Origin: a virus
Taxonomy: Duplodnaviria; Caudoviricetes
Virus record (IMG/VR): IMGVR_UViG_3300021347_000002
Location: 1-61,446 of that record
Strand: one strand, 5' to 3'
DNA: 61,446 bases
The notes under the pieces are model-generated. The model was not told where the DNA came from and did no database searches. It was given only the letters and a program-made list of their open reading frames with translations. The position numbers and the translations under genes were made by a program. Position 1 is the first letter of the stretch. The number at the start of each line of letters is the position of its first letter. Positions 34,176-43,965 of this stretch are shown piece by piece.

Positions 34176-34203
34176 TTGACAGATCGCCAGACAGTGTTAA
34201 TAT
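34176..34203 (+). promoter_or_regulatory. Sigma70-type promoter for the major capsid gene
   Basis: TTGACA-16 bp-TAATAT with TG just upstream of the -10. Confidence 0.65.
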
Positions 34204-34208
34204 GCGCT

Positions 34209-34306
34209 TATCAGTTGGGTTGCTCTAGCCTTAAATAGTTCTAAACAACTGGTAAAGCACATAGAAACTCAGGTTGCTCTAGCCATTGATTAGTTCTAAG
34301 AGGTTC
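34209..34306 (+). ncRNA. Candidate tandem cis-regulatory RNA motif in the capsid 5' leader
   Basis: Two copies of GGTTGCTCTAGCC-N5/6-TAGTTCTAA, each closed by a different stem. Confidence 0.5.
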
Positions 34307-34371
34307 GCCCTAAAACTCTTTAGTTTCCGACCACGTTGGCTGGAAGCGCAAACCCTTATTTATTTAAAACA

Positions 34372-35664
34372 ATGTCTACCTTTAATTTGGGGTCTACCGG
34401 CCTCGCTTCAATCAACACTATTCTCGCTGAAGAAGCCAACCGCATCGGCAGCGACATCTACTCACGCACGCTCCACACCTCTCCTTGGTTGGACCTTACT
34501 AAGCAGTCCGCATTTCCTGATGGAATGGGCTACCAGCAGACCACGCTCGTATATGATCGCGCTATTGCGACATCTGATGCCGCAGGAACCACTGCTGCTG
34601 GAGCTGGCGCATGGTCTAATGTTGGTGGGACATTCTCTAGTCAGACCCCAGCTTCAAATACTGGAGACTTAGTTAATGTCAATGACACTGCTGAGGACGT
34701 TCAAGGCGGTCGCGGTGACGGGCAAGATGTCACTGACAATAACCCCGCCGGAACCGACCGACGCTCGTTCGTTCAGTTCAACAAGAAGCTCAAGCCTTTC
34801 TCGTTGCAACGCGCCGTAATTGAGTCCCCGAAGATTTCTTTGGAAGACCTCCGCTTCGCCGCACACCGTCAGGACCAGCTTCGTGCTATCATGGACATCA
34901 TGACGCAAGTTACCCGCAACACTTGGGAAAACCGCTACCGTGATGAGTTTCACGCCATCGCTGACAACAAAGTTCTTTGTGCAGCTACTGGAACCGCAAT
35001 TACTGCCGCTCAAGAGTCTATTGCTAAAGTTCCTACTTCGGCTGTTACTGCTAACGTATCTAACGCAATCCTTGATAAGATCTACTACAGTCTTATCCGT
35101 GGGGGTGCAGGTTCTAACGCTTACGGTCGTGAAAACGGTCGCCCAGTGTTCTCACTTGTCCTTTCTTCTGAGGCTTCCTATCAGCTCCAGACCGAAGCCG
35201 GATTCCGTGATGACGTTCGCTACAACAACGCTAAGGTAAGTGACCTGATCGCTCCACTCGGTATCGAGAAGTCCTTCCGAGGATTCTACCACCTTGTTGA
35301 TGACCTCGCTCCGCGTTATGCTTCTAACTACTCACTTGTTGCGCCTTACAGTGTATCCGCTGGAGGAATTGCTACTCCTAACCCCTCATACGAGTCAGCT
35401 CCGTTTGAAGCAGCCTACGTTCTTCACCCTGAAGTTTGCGAAGCCCTCATTCCTAATCCAATGAGTGGTTCTAACGGACTCAGCTTCGACCCTGTCAACT
35501 ACCGTGGTAAGTTTGACTGGAAGAACATCGCTAACGAGATTACTAACCCTGACGGAACCATCGGATTCTTCCGTGGTGTTCTTGCCAGTGCTACCAAGCC
35601 CATTAAGACTGAGTTTGGTTATGTTCTCCTCTTCAAGCGTGACTCCAGCACTCCTGCTGCCTAA
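34372..35664 (+). CDS. Major capsid protein
   Basis: 430 aa from ATG 34372; follows the scaffold; codon usage looks strongly biased; has its own promoter and a downstream hairpin. Confidence 0.75.
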   Translation: MSTFNLGSTGLASINTILAEEANRIGSDIYSRTLHTSPWLDLTKQSAFPDGMGYQQTTLVYDRAIATSDAAGTTAAGAGAWSNVGGTFSSQTPASNTGDLVNVNDTAEDVQGGRGDGQDVTDNNPAGTDRRSFVQFNKKLKPFSLQRAVIESPKISLEDLRFAAHRQDQLRAIMDIMTQVTRNTWENRYRDEFHAIADNKVLCAATGTAITAAQESIAKVPTSAVTANVSNAILDKIYYSLIRGGAGSNAYGRENGRPVFSLVLSSEASYQLQTEAGFRDDVRYNNAKVSDLIAPLGIEKSFRGFYHLVDDLAPRYASNYSLVAPYSVSAGGIATPNPSYESAPFEAAYVLHPEVCEALIPNPMSGSNGLSFDPVNYRGKFDWKNIANEITNPDGTIGFFRGVLASATKPIKTEFGYVLLFKRDSSTPAA

Positions 35665-35672
35665 TTAATCTA

Positions 35673-35706
35673 GTTGAGTAGGGGTAGTTCGCTGCCCCTA
35701 CTTAGC
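35673..35706 (+). terminator. Stem-loop after the capsid gene
   Basis: GTTGAGTAGGGGTAG-TTCG-CTGCCCCTACTTAGC. Confidence 0.6.
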
Positions 35707-35723
35707 GTAACTTATATAGAATT

Positions 35724-35921
35724 ATGCCAACACTAGACGACGCACCAACAGGTCAGGTCTCAACTTTAGCTGGAGTTAATGCTGGAGTAACCGCAGACGT
35801 AGCTACTCGCGCTCATGGAGACGATCTGATCCAGATCTATGACGTCTCTGAGCAAAAAGCTAAAACGATTAAGCTTTCAGAACTCGCTATTGCTCTTCAG
35901 GCAACTCTTGATCCAGCCTAA
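35724..35921 (+). CDS. Small capsid-associated protein (putative)
   Basis: 65 aa, between the capsid gene and the terminator. Confidence 0.6.
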   Translation: MPTLDDAPTGQVSTLAGVNAGVTADVATRAHGDDLIQIYDVSEQKAKTIKLSELAIALQATLDPA

Positions 35922-35946
35922 TCCCGAATCACGTAACACTTAACAT

Positions 35947-35991
35947 GAACCCCGTTACCTGTCTCTAAAACGGGTAGCGGGGTTCTTTTTT
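35947..35991 (+). terminator. Rho-independent terminator
   Basis: GAACCCCGTTACC...GGTAGCGGGGTTC followed by TTTTTT. Confidence 0.85.
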
Positions 35992-36006
35992 ACAGAAACA
36001 ATTATT

Positions 36007-36831
36007 ATGTCATTAGATTTTAAAACATTCGATGCTTTCAAAAAGTTAATTGCAGCTAACCCTGAGATTCTTAATTTGGTTCAGTCAGTAGGCCGCGACG
36101 CTACTCAAGTTGCTTCTCTTCCATCAAGAGCGAGGGGGGCGATAAAGCGTGGAGCTGCTGAACTAGGAGAAGGGGTAGCTGGCTTAGTTGAAAAAGGAGC
36201 TGGGTTGGCAGACAAATATCAACCTCAGATTAGTTTAGGAGAAGAGGGGCCTTCAGCGAAGATCCCTTACAACCCTCTTATACCCTTTGATGCCGCTGAC
36301 CTTGCCGCCGCCGCAGGTTTAGCTAGAGAAGGATTGTCACAGGCTTCCGACTCTAAAACAGCGGAAGAAAAAATGTATGACAGTGCGCTTGAGGCAATGG
36401 ATAAGCGCATTGAGGAACTTGATAGTCCACCATCATCAGCACCAGCTCAACCTAAAGAAAGTCTAGAAGAGCGGAAAAAAAGGTATGCAGGTAACAAAGA
36501 AAAGATCAGAGCTATCCGAGATCGGAAAGATGCTGAACGCGCTGCCGCGTCTGAGGAAGAAGAACCTTCAGAAAGTGGTGGCTTTTCCGACATACTAGCA
36601 GGTATCTCAGACCAAGTAAAAGCAGGGGTAGAAGCTTCTGAAGAACCAGAAACTGACTACACTGAAGAAGCTATTGGTCTGTTCAAGAATACTCACGCTA
36701 CTGAGTTTGACCCTAAGTCCAGCATGGACAGAGGTAAGCTTGAAAAGATGAAAAAGCTACTTGCTAAACAAGGTGGTTTAGGGGATATGACTGCTAACCA
36801 GTTTGCCCTTCAAGTTTACCGCGACGAATAA
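36007..36831 (+). CDS. Hypothetical protein
   Basis: 274-aa ORF in the structural block. Confidence 0.7.
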   Translation: MSLDFKTFDAFKKLIAANPEILNLVQSVGRDATQVASLPSRARGAIKRGAAELGEGVAGLVEKGAGLADKYQPQISLGEEGPSAKIPYNPLIPFDAADLAAAAGLAREGLSQASDSKTAEEKMYDSALEAMDKRIEELDSPPSSAPAQPKESLEERKKRYAGNKEKIRAIRDRKDAERAAASEEEEPSESGGFSDILAGISDQVKAGVEASEEPETDYTEEAIGLFKNTHATEFDPKSSMDRGKLEKMKKLLAKQGGLGDMTANQFALQVYRDE

Positions 36832-37151
36832 TGGACGACGTATACCAATCCGAAGATTCTCCTCAGCATGAAAATGCTGAGAAGGATCTGGAGATGATCC
36901 ATCAGCAGCTTTCTAATGTGCAAGCTAATGTTGAGGCTCTCCTGCAACAGTGTGGCTGTGGCTCGCCTAGGCTTTCAGAAGCGTGGGTTCAGTCAAAAGT
37001 GACGCTGGCCAATGATTATCTGGACACGGTTCATTCCTACGTTGTGAACGGCGGCCCAATGAAACCGGACGCTGGACAAGGCGACTCAGATAAGGTAGGC
37101 TTCGTCATTGCCGTGGAAAAGGCTATGACGGATGGCAGCAGCAAAGCATAA
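36831..37151 (+). CDS. Hypothetical protein
   Basis: 106 aa; EAWVQSKVTLANDYLDTV helical motif. Confidence 0.7.
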   Translation: MDDVYQSEDSPQHENAEKDLEMIHQQLSNVQANVEALLQQCGCGSPRLSEAWVQSKVTLANDYLDTVHSYVVNGGPMKPDAGQGDSDKVGFVIAVEKAMTDGSSKA

Positions 37152-37476
37152 CATTATTGTAAGTCGTGGCGAGGATTACTCGTTTACGTTGACTGTTAAG
37201 ACGAGTGGTAATGCGGTCGTTAATATAACTGGCGACACATTCACTGCTGAGATCAGGCGCGACGGAGGTAAACCTCTTGTTGCGTCTTTTTCTTGTGTTA
37301 TTACGGATGCGGTCAATGGTGTTTTGACTGCGACCTTGAATAAGGCGGAGAGCTTAAAGCTTGATGGGAATGTCAACTACAAGTGGGATATGTTCCGTTT
37401 TGAGAACACTTCTAGCGTAACGACCCGATTAATCTATGGAGACGTAAAGGTTGAGAACAACGTAACTGACATATAA
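37132..37476 (+). CDS. Tail fibre adaptor-like beta protein
   Basis: RGEDYSFTLTV...DAVNGVLT...YKWD...RLIYG pattern, typical of genes preceding fibres. Confidence 0.55.
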   Translation: MAAAKHNIIVSRGEDYSFTLTVKTSGNAVVNITGDTFTAEIRRDGGKPLVASFSCVITDAVNGVLTATLNKAESLKLDGNVNYKWDMFRFENTSSVTTRLIYGDVKVENNVTDI

Positions 37477-38690
37477 TGGCTGTAGAGATCACAGAAACAC
37501 TCCGTCACAATTTAGCGGTAACTGAAGACAACTGGCAACTTACGTTGACTTCTGGGCCTGCTGGACCTGCTGGAGCTAATGGCACTAATGGGACGAACGG
37601 CACTAATGGAACTAATGGTGCGGACGGCGCGGCTGGCCCTAATGTAATTACTAGTAGCACAGCTAGTGACGGGACGGGTAACATTAACATAAGTAATGTG
37701 GTTAGTGACACAGCGGAAGTTGAATCGTTACTGACAATATCAGGCGATCAGCTAGTGGAAGACGGTTCTCAGATTGCTTTTGGTGCAGGTGAGGATTTAA
37801 AAATATACCACGGCTCAAATAACAGCTACATTAAAGAATCAGGTACAGGCGGTTTGTTTATACAAGGTGATACTACAATCACTATAGAAAAGACAGACGG
37901 CGAGAACATGGCCGAGTTTATTCCTGACAGTGCTGTTAATTTGTATTACAACAATGTGGTAAAGTTAGCGACGAGTGCGACAGGTATCACAACTCAGAGC
38001 ATTTATTTGAGTGGTGATATTGATCTCCAAGACACTTCAGGAGCTAACTCAGGTAAAATTAAAATAGGTAGTGGTGACGACCTACAGTTATACCACGACG
38101 GCACTCAATCGATAGTAAATAATCTAACAGGAAACTTATTTATAAGTACTCTGTCTGCTGATACAGACATAGTTTATTACGCAGATAATGGGTCTGGTAG
38201 TGTAGCAGAATATTTTAGATTGGATGGTGGTTTAGCCTCTTCAGGAACTAGGTATACAACTTGGCCAGATAATAGTAGAGTAACATTTGGAGCGGATCAG
38301 GATCTCCAACTCTACCATGATGGTTCTAATAGTTACATAGACGACAGTGGTACGGGTAATTTAAACATCAGAGCAGCCAACCTGAACCTACAGAAATATA
38401 CTGGCGAGACCTTCATCGCGTGCGTAGCAGATGGATCGGTATCAATATATCACGATAATGCGCCCCTCTTACAAACAACCCCTAGTGGGATTCTTGTTAC
38501 TGGAGTTGTCCAAAGTGCAGTATACCCGTTCAGTACTTTATCAAATATAGCATCCCCCGCCGCAGGTATGAGGGCATTTGTTAATGATTCTAACCAGTCG
38601 CTATCTTCACATCACGGTGCTATTGTAGCTGGTGGTGGGTCACATTATGTCCCTGTATATTACGATGGTAGTAACTGGCGTATAGGCTAA
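37476..38690 (+). CDS. Tail/head fibre with collagen-like segment
   Basis: GPAGPAGANGTNGTNG (Gly-X-Y) plus three G..DL.(I/L)YH repeats; ends VYYDGSNWRIG. Confidence 0.75.
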   Translation: MAVEITETLRHNLAVTEDNWQLTLTSGPAGPAGANGTNGTNGTNGTNGADGAAGPNVITSSTASDGTGNINISNVVSDTAEVESLLTISGDQLVEDGSQIAFGAGEDLKIYHGSNNSYIKESGTGGLFIQGDTTITIEKTDGENMAEFIPDSAVNLYYNNVVKLATSATGITTQSIYLSGDIDLQDTSGANSGKIKIGSGDDLQLYHDGTQSIVNNLTGNLFISTLSADTDIVYYADNGSGSVAEYFRLDGGLASSGTRYTTWPDNSRVTFGADQDLQLYHDGSNSYIDDSGTGNLNIRAANLNLQKYTGETFIACVADGSVSIYHDNAPLLQTTPSGILVTGVVQSAVYPFSTLSNIASPAAGMRAFVNDSNQSLSSHHGAIVAGGGSHYVPVYYDGSNWRIG

Positions 38691-38702
38691 ACCTAAAAGA
38701 TA

Positions 38703-40889
38703 ATGGCTCTTAACCCATCACCGCAGAGACAGTCAGTCGTTACGTTCCCTACACCGAACGTCAACGACATATTATTCTTTGAGTCTGTAGACGCAGAGCG
38801 GGTCGGTACAGAGATACCGGAATACGGTAGTAAGCACCCTGACTATAAGAAGTGGCCAGATCATCGGTTAGTCTATGTTCAATCAGTAGACGAGCAGAGC
38901 CGTTACTACCGTTACTACTATGCGGCGGACCAGCTTGATCAGGATAACGACAACTGGTCATTCAGTGAAGCAGATATCGGCGGCACAAAGTTTGATGCAG
39001 TCACGAGAGATTACGTAGTTAGGCGTAGTGAATTTAGTTCAGAACTTCCAGCTATGGGTTCAGCGATGCCCGACGTTCCGGCTAACAAGTTCAACGGGAC
39101 TTATGTGTTGTCTCAGCGCAAGCAGGTTCCTATAAGTGATAAAATACTTAGCGGGCTTTATGTGGTTGAGCAGAGGGTCTATGTAAAGAAGGTTCCTTTG
39201 TATAAACTGAATTTTGATGATTTCTTTAGGACGACTAATTACATAAAGCAGACTCTCTACCACAAAGGGGAGAAGCCCGACAATGTAAATACAATCGAGT
39301 ATTTAGTCGAGAACCGCAATAATGATTATTGGGGCATGAATAACGGAATCGTAAGGACTGCCCAACAGCTGTCCGACAATTGGTATTCCGTTACGGAGCA
39401 GGAGGTTGTTAAGTGTAACTCTGTCTCTGATAGAGAAGAGCTTCAGACAAACGCGCGAAGCTCTGTTCTCGCGGCTATAGCTAACAAGAATCCATCAGAC
39501 ATGAACTTGTTCAGCACCTATGCTACAGGTTCATTAGATGCCTCTGATCCTTTAACCAGACCGAGTTTAGTGCGTAACGCTAACTGTTGGGCGCATAATT
39601 TAAAAGGTATTACAGGCTTTGTTGCTTATAACAATAGGCTAGGGAGCGAGGGTGACGGTAAATTCCACAATGGCGTAGCGATAACACCAAGGCACGTCTT
39701 ATATGCGGAGCATGACCCATATGCAGTTAATGACGTAGTTTATTTTTGTTCTAGGAACAGCGAAATCTACGCCCGAAAAATTCTATCGGTAAAAAACCAC
39801 CCATCAGGAGGTTATGGTGCTGGTGATTTCGGTATAGCATTACTAGACGCGGACTTACCTGCTGCTATCGATATCGTTAAAGTTTTACCTAAAGACGCTT
39901 ATCAATATTTCCAGCTAGACGAATTCGGGACTCTTGCTTATGTTAATCAATGGACGACCCCTCCTGCTGAGGCGGAAGAGGTTTTAGTGTTGCAAACTGA
40001 CGCAGAAGAAAAAGCTCACATACGGAAAATCCAAAACCTCGACTTCAAAGATTTCGATTACGATAATCCAGCGGACACGTATGGGATTTTTCAGATATCT
40101 CCCGCTACTAATCTCAGCACATGGTCAGAAACCCTAGTAGGTGGGGATTCCGGTAGCCCAGCTACTTTAGTCATAAATGGAGAGTGTGTTTTACTTGGGT
40201 TACTTACTACCAATGGAGGAGTAGGAGGTTTTGTTAGTGCGCCTAGAAACTTTAGGGATATCAACGACCTTATATCATCCATTGATTCAGATTATGAGAC
40301 GTATTCGTTAGGGGATCCCGCATTACAGACTTACTTCTCTGATGGGTATCAATTGAATACTATTGATCTAGGTTCTAAATTTACAAGCCATCGTCCAGAG
40401 GAGGGGGGATTCTACTCGGTAAATGACTGCGCTCGTTTACAATACGAGACTGTTATTACGTATTATTTCCCTCCTATACTGGCGGGAGTAGAGTTTGATG
40501 TCTGGGAGTTGAGGTCAGGTGGGGAGAGAACGTTTCCGAGAGTGCAGTATGAGAAGGGTGCATTCAAAGGACCGTGCAGAGCTGTTGTAAACATTAGTTG
40601 GTCGGCTACCCAACCTGCGGGAGTCGCAGCAGACGAGAAGCCGGAGCCTGAAAAGATCGAAATCGTAAATCCGTTATTCACTTTAAACATACCGGCGACA
40701 CTTCACGGAGCAGTAAACTTTACGGTCAGCACCGGATCTAATGATGAGACTTGGAAACTGACTAACGCACAGTATACTAAAGGGGCGACGAATGTCACAA
40801 GTTGGGAGCCTCATGTGGCTTCCTCTGAAGTCAAACCTTTTAGGGGTGGTTGGTTGATGCAGACAACGACTGTCTACCCACCGTCATGA
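38703..40889 (+). CDS. Structural protein with an embedded trypsin-like serine protease domain
   Basis: GVAITPRHVLYAEH, GDFGIALLD, GGDSGSP (His-Asp-Ser triad motifs in order). Confidence 0.7.
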   Translation: MALNPSPQRQSVVTFPTPNVNDILFFESVDAERVGTEIPEYGSKHPDYKKWPDHRLVYVQSVDEQSRYYRYYYAADQLDQDNDNWSFSEADIGGTKFDAVTRDYVVRRSEFSSELPAMGSAMPDVPANKFNGTYVLSQRKQVPISDKILSGLYVVEQRVYVKKVPLYKLNFDDFFRTTNYIKQTLYHKGEKPDNVNTIEYLVENRNNDYWGMNNGIVRTAQQLSDNWYSVTEQEVVKCNSVSDREELQTNARSSVLAAIANKNPSDMNLFSTYATGSLDASDPLTRPSLVRNANCWAHNLKGITGFVAYNNRLGSEGDGKFHNGVAITPRHVLYAEHDPYAVNDVVYFCSRNSEIYARKILSVKNHPSGGYGAGDFGIALLDADLPAAIDIVKVLPKDAYQYFQLDEFGTLAYVNQWTTPPAEAEEVLVLQTDAEEKAHIRKIQNLDFKDFDYDNPADTYGIFQISPATNLSTWSETLVGGDSGSPATLVINGECVLLGLLTTNGGVGGFVSAPRNFRDINDLISSIDSDYETYSLGDPALQTYFSDGYQLNTIDLGSKFTSHRPEEGGFYSVNDCARLQYETVITYYFPPILAGVEFDVWELRSGGERTFPRVQYEKGAFKGPCRAVVNISWSATQPAGVAADEKPEPEKIEIVNPLFTLNIPATLHGAVNFTVSTGSNDETWKLTNAQYTKGATNVTSWEPHVASSEVKPFRGGWLMQTTTVYPPS

Positions 40890-41923
40890 GTTCTGAAGAT
40901 AACAGCTTGGATATAGAAGTCCCTATCTCTTACGATATACCGGACGAAGGTCTGAGTGACTACACAGTGGCACTTTCAGACGCTGACTTGGTCTCAACAA
41001 GTTCAGTTGTCCCAGAACCTCCGGCCTACAAGCCCTTTCCGTTTGCTTTACGTCCTGCTCCTAACGAGAAGATCCACATCTATTTCGGTGTTCTGGTCCA
41101 CCAGATCAACCGGATGGTATTCAATACGGACGGGTTAGTGTCCCAGACTGGTGTTAATAACCCACAGACTATAGTCCCATCTAATCTCTCTTCTTCTGAG
41201 AACCGATACAAGTTCTACACACTAGACTTTCGTGGGAATGTTTATCTTTATTGGGAAACTGATTCGTCGGGCGGTGTAACTTTGTGCGATATTAGAGGGG
41301 ATGATGAGAATGGCGCACCTCCCACTCAACAAAATTTACCTAATGACAGCGGCGGAAAGTTCTACGTTAAGATAGGTAATGTGGCTGCTAATAATGCGGG
41401 TTATGAGATCTCATCTCTAGATCAGAACATATCTACTGACGTTTACTGGTTAACAGCTTTTGGAATCCAAGAAGAGTCTTCTAACGGTTCTACTTCAGAT
41501 TCTACCTCCGGCTCTGATAAGTCTACTGCTATTGTGCCTATGGACTGGCACGACAAAGGATACGGCGCGTTATTCACGATGGAATCCAATGAGGTTCTCT
41601 TTGAGTTCGTGATGAGGGACGTGCCATTAGAAGGAGCCAAGACAGTAGCCCGAATCGATGACAGGTTCTTAGCAGTATGTGAACGTGACTCTATGGTAGT
41701 CACCGGAATATCTGGAGACAAGCTAGGGCCAGTCGGAGCAGTCATTAAGGGCAATGAAGTTATATTAGATGCTTTACCAGTTTCCTTCTTACGACCAAAC
41801 AAAGTAACATTGAAATTGACTGGAACCCGTAAAGGGTTTAAAGATTTTGATATGCCAGAGCGCAGCAAAGAGCAATTCATCGCTAACGAGAGGTTTATTA
41901 ACTCAGCTTATCCTAGAGATTAG
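40886..41923 (+). CDS. Putative tail-associated protein with Ser-rich linker
   Basis: ATGA overlap with the upstream gene; ESSNGSTSDSTSGSDKSTAIVP. Confidence 0.6.
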   Translation: MSSEDNSLDIEVPISYDIPDEGLSDYTVALSDADLVSTSSVVPEPPAYKPFPFALRPAPNEKIHIYFGVLVHQINRMVFNTDGLVSQTGVNNPQTIVPSNLSSSENRYKFYTLDFRGNVYLYWETDSSGGVTLCDIRGDDENGAPPTQQNLPNDSGGKFYVKIGNVAANNAGYEISSLDQNISTDVYWLTAFGIQEESSNGSTSDSTSGSDKSTAIVPMDWHDKGYGALFTMESNEVLFEFVMRDVPLEGAKTVARIDDRFLAVCERDSMVVTGISGDKLGPVGAVIKGNEVILDALPVSFLRPNKVTLKLTGTRKGFKDFDMPERSKEQFIANERFINSAYPRD

Positions 41924-41925
41924 TT

Positions 41926-43245
41926 ATGTCGAGTGGTAGTAGTGACAGCGGTAGCGGAAGCCAGAGTGTCGATAGACTACTGGATCTACAGCTAATTGGA
42001 AGTGACTTAGGGGATTCTGGTAATCTTAAATGGCGGGGAATCGCGAAGAGTGGTAGCAAGCTCTACGCTACCCCTTATATTTCTAGTAATATCCTAGTCA
42101 TAGACCCCTCAGATGATACGACCAGCGAAATAGTAAATCCAGTAACTGGGAGCGGAAACCAGAAGTATGTGGATTCTTTTACTGCTAGTAACGGAAAAAT
42201 ATATGCTAACCCCCATTCCGCTTTTAATTATCTAGAGATTGATGGAACAGGTTCTACACCTGTAATTACGGCTAGACCCTCAAGCAGTCTAACCCACACC
42301 AATATACGAGGAGGGGCTGAAGCTAATGGTCACATATACGGCAGTATTTATTCTAGGAATGTCTCCACCTACGCCAACCCATTCATTTCTAAGTTCAACC
42401 TAACTTCTTTCTCACAGACGTTATTGAGTTTTACTCCATCGCGAACTGGAGGTATTTATTATTACAGAGCTGGTTCAAGTAACACGCCGAGCTGGAGTGA
42501 AGAACTAGATAGTGATCTAAAGTGGATGTATGATTCATACTTTGGTGCCACGAAAGCTCCAAACGGAAAAGTATATCTCACACCTTATGGAGCGGATCGT
42601 ATCGCTATCCTTAACCCTTCTAATGACAGTATTACATTAGGTTCAGATCTTCTGACGGGTAACGAGCCTTATTATACGGGTTCTTACCACCGAAACATCT
42701 GGCTTAACCACGCCTATTGGAACAAATATTCCGGCGGAACCTATGCCCCTTCAAATGGATGCATCTATTGCTTCCCAAGGCATGGTAATGCTATCCTGAA
42801 GATAGACCCGTCGGATGACTCCGCGACTGAAATCCAACTTCCTTCAGCCTTACGGATTGCTAAGACTACACACACTTACGATCCTTCTGATCCAGTTACG
42901 ACTTTCAAAATGAAGTCGTTCTCGTCTGTTCTAGGTCCAGACGGAACCATCTATTCTGTTCCCTATGAGATACCTTACATATTCTGGATCGACCCAGCGA
43001 CGGATCAAATAGGGTATAAGGAGATCTCTTCAGAACTTGCAGGGTCGGGATCTAAGACGAATACCGCCACTGATTCGTGGTATTCTTACGGTGTAACTGA
43101 AGGAGACTACATATACATGGCTCCTCAGAAGGCGAACTATGTGATTAGAGTTGGTTTCCCACCCCCTCCGTCTTCTTCATCCTCATCTTCATCCGGCTCC
43201 GCTAAAAGTTTTTCCTCTGTGTCCGAAGGAGAAGGAAACCCATGA
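41926..43245 (+). CDS. Beta-propeller-like protein with Ser-rich termini
   Basis: Repeated (A/S)xNGKIY..P....IL.IDP blades; poly-Ser at both ends. Confidence 0.65.
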   Translation: MSSGSSDSGSGSQSVDRLLDLQLIGSDLGDSGNLKWRGIAKSGSKLYATPYISSNILVIDPSDDTTSEIVNPVTGSGNQKYVDSFTASNGKIYANPHSAFNYLEIDGTGSTPVITARPSSSLTHTNIRGGAEANGHIYGSIYSRNVSTYANPFISKFNLTSFSQTLLSFTPSRTGGIYYYRAGSSNTPSWSEELDSDLKWMYDSYFGATKAPNGKVYLTPYGADRIAILNPSNDSITLGSDLLTGNEPYYTGSYHRNIWLNHAYWNKYSGGTYAPSNGCIYCFPRHGNAILKIDPSDDSATEIQLPSALRIAKTTHTYDPSDPVTTFKMKSFSSVLGPDGTIYSVPYEIPYIFWIDPATDQIGYKEISSELAGSGSKTNTATDSWYSYGVTEGDYIYMAPQKANYVIRVGFPPPPSSSSSSSSGSAKSFSSVSEGEGNP

Positions 43246-43913
43246 AGAACCTAACTGACTGGTTTGACCGCGTTTACGTGATCAACTGCGCCCATAGGCC
43301 GGATCGTCTTGAAGAGACGAAGAAGCATCTGGAAGAAACCGGAATGGCTAATAATGACTGGGTTCATTATTATCCTGCTATAATTGGCGACTGGACAACG
43401 TGTCCGGCTGACTGGGGATCTGGCAGAGGTGCGTGGGGTTGTCTGCGTTCGCACCAAAGGATTCTAGAAGACGTAATTCACGACAGAGACGATAACGGAA
43501 ACCCAAACCTCATGAACGTATTGGTGTTGGAAGACGACGTGATCTTCAAAGAAGATGCTTTGGAGAACTTAAATAACTTTATGGAAACAGTGCCAAAGGA
43601 TTGGGGGCAGATTTATTTAGGTGGCCAACACCGCCGCGACCCTACACCTACTGAGTTCCCTAACGTAATTGTTGGGAACTCAATTAACAGGACACACGCA
43701 TACGCTGTTAACCAGCCTACATTCACGCACTTTTATCGGCATATCTCGTATGCGACGGACTACCGGAATACTAACAAGCACATCGACCACCAGCTTGAAT
43801 TAGCCCACCGCCGTAAGGATTGGCCAGTTTACTGCCCGAAAGAGTGGGTTGTCGGCCAGAGAGCTGGTTCGTCGAATATAAGCGGGAAGACACTTGAAAC
43901 TAAATTTTGGTAG
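43242..43913 (+). CDS. Glycosyltransferase, GT25-like
   Basis: VYVINCAHRPDR, GCLRSH, VLVLEDDV, THAYAVN, HID. Confidence 0.85.
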   Translation: MKNLTDWFDRVYVINCAHRPDRLEETKKHLEETGMANNDWVHYYPAIIGDWTTCPADWGSGRGAWGCLRSHQRILEDVIHDRDDNGNPNLMNVLVLEDDVIFKEDALENLNNFMETVPKDWGQIYLGGQHRRDPTPTEFPNVIVGNSINRTHAYAVNQPTFTHFYRHISYATDYRNTNKHIDHQLELAHRRKDWPVYCPKEWVVGQRAGSSNISGKTLETKFW

Positions 43914-43965
43914 TGTAAATGAAGAGTGGACAAACAGTAACCGCTTTTGTAAAGCTGTTTAGACG

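Noticed and set aside
34286-34371. Upstream extensions of the capsid ORF and the overlapping 128-aa ORF
   Set aside because: TTG starts within a structured leader; ATG 34372 after an A/T-rich stretch is more plausible.
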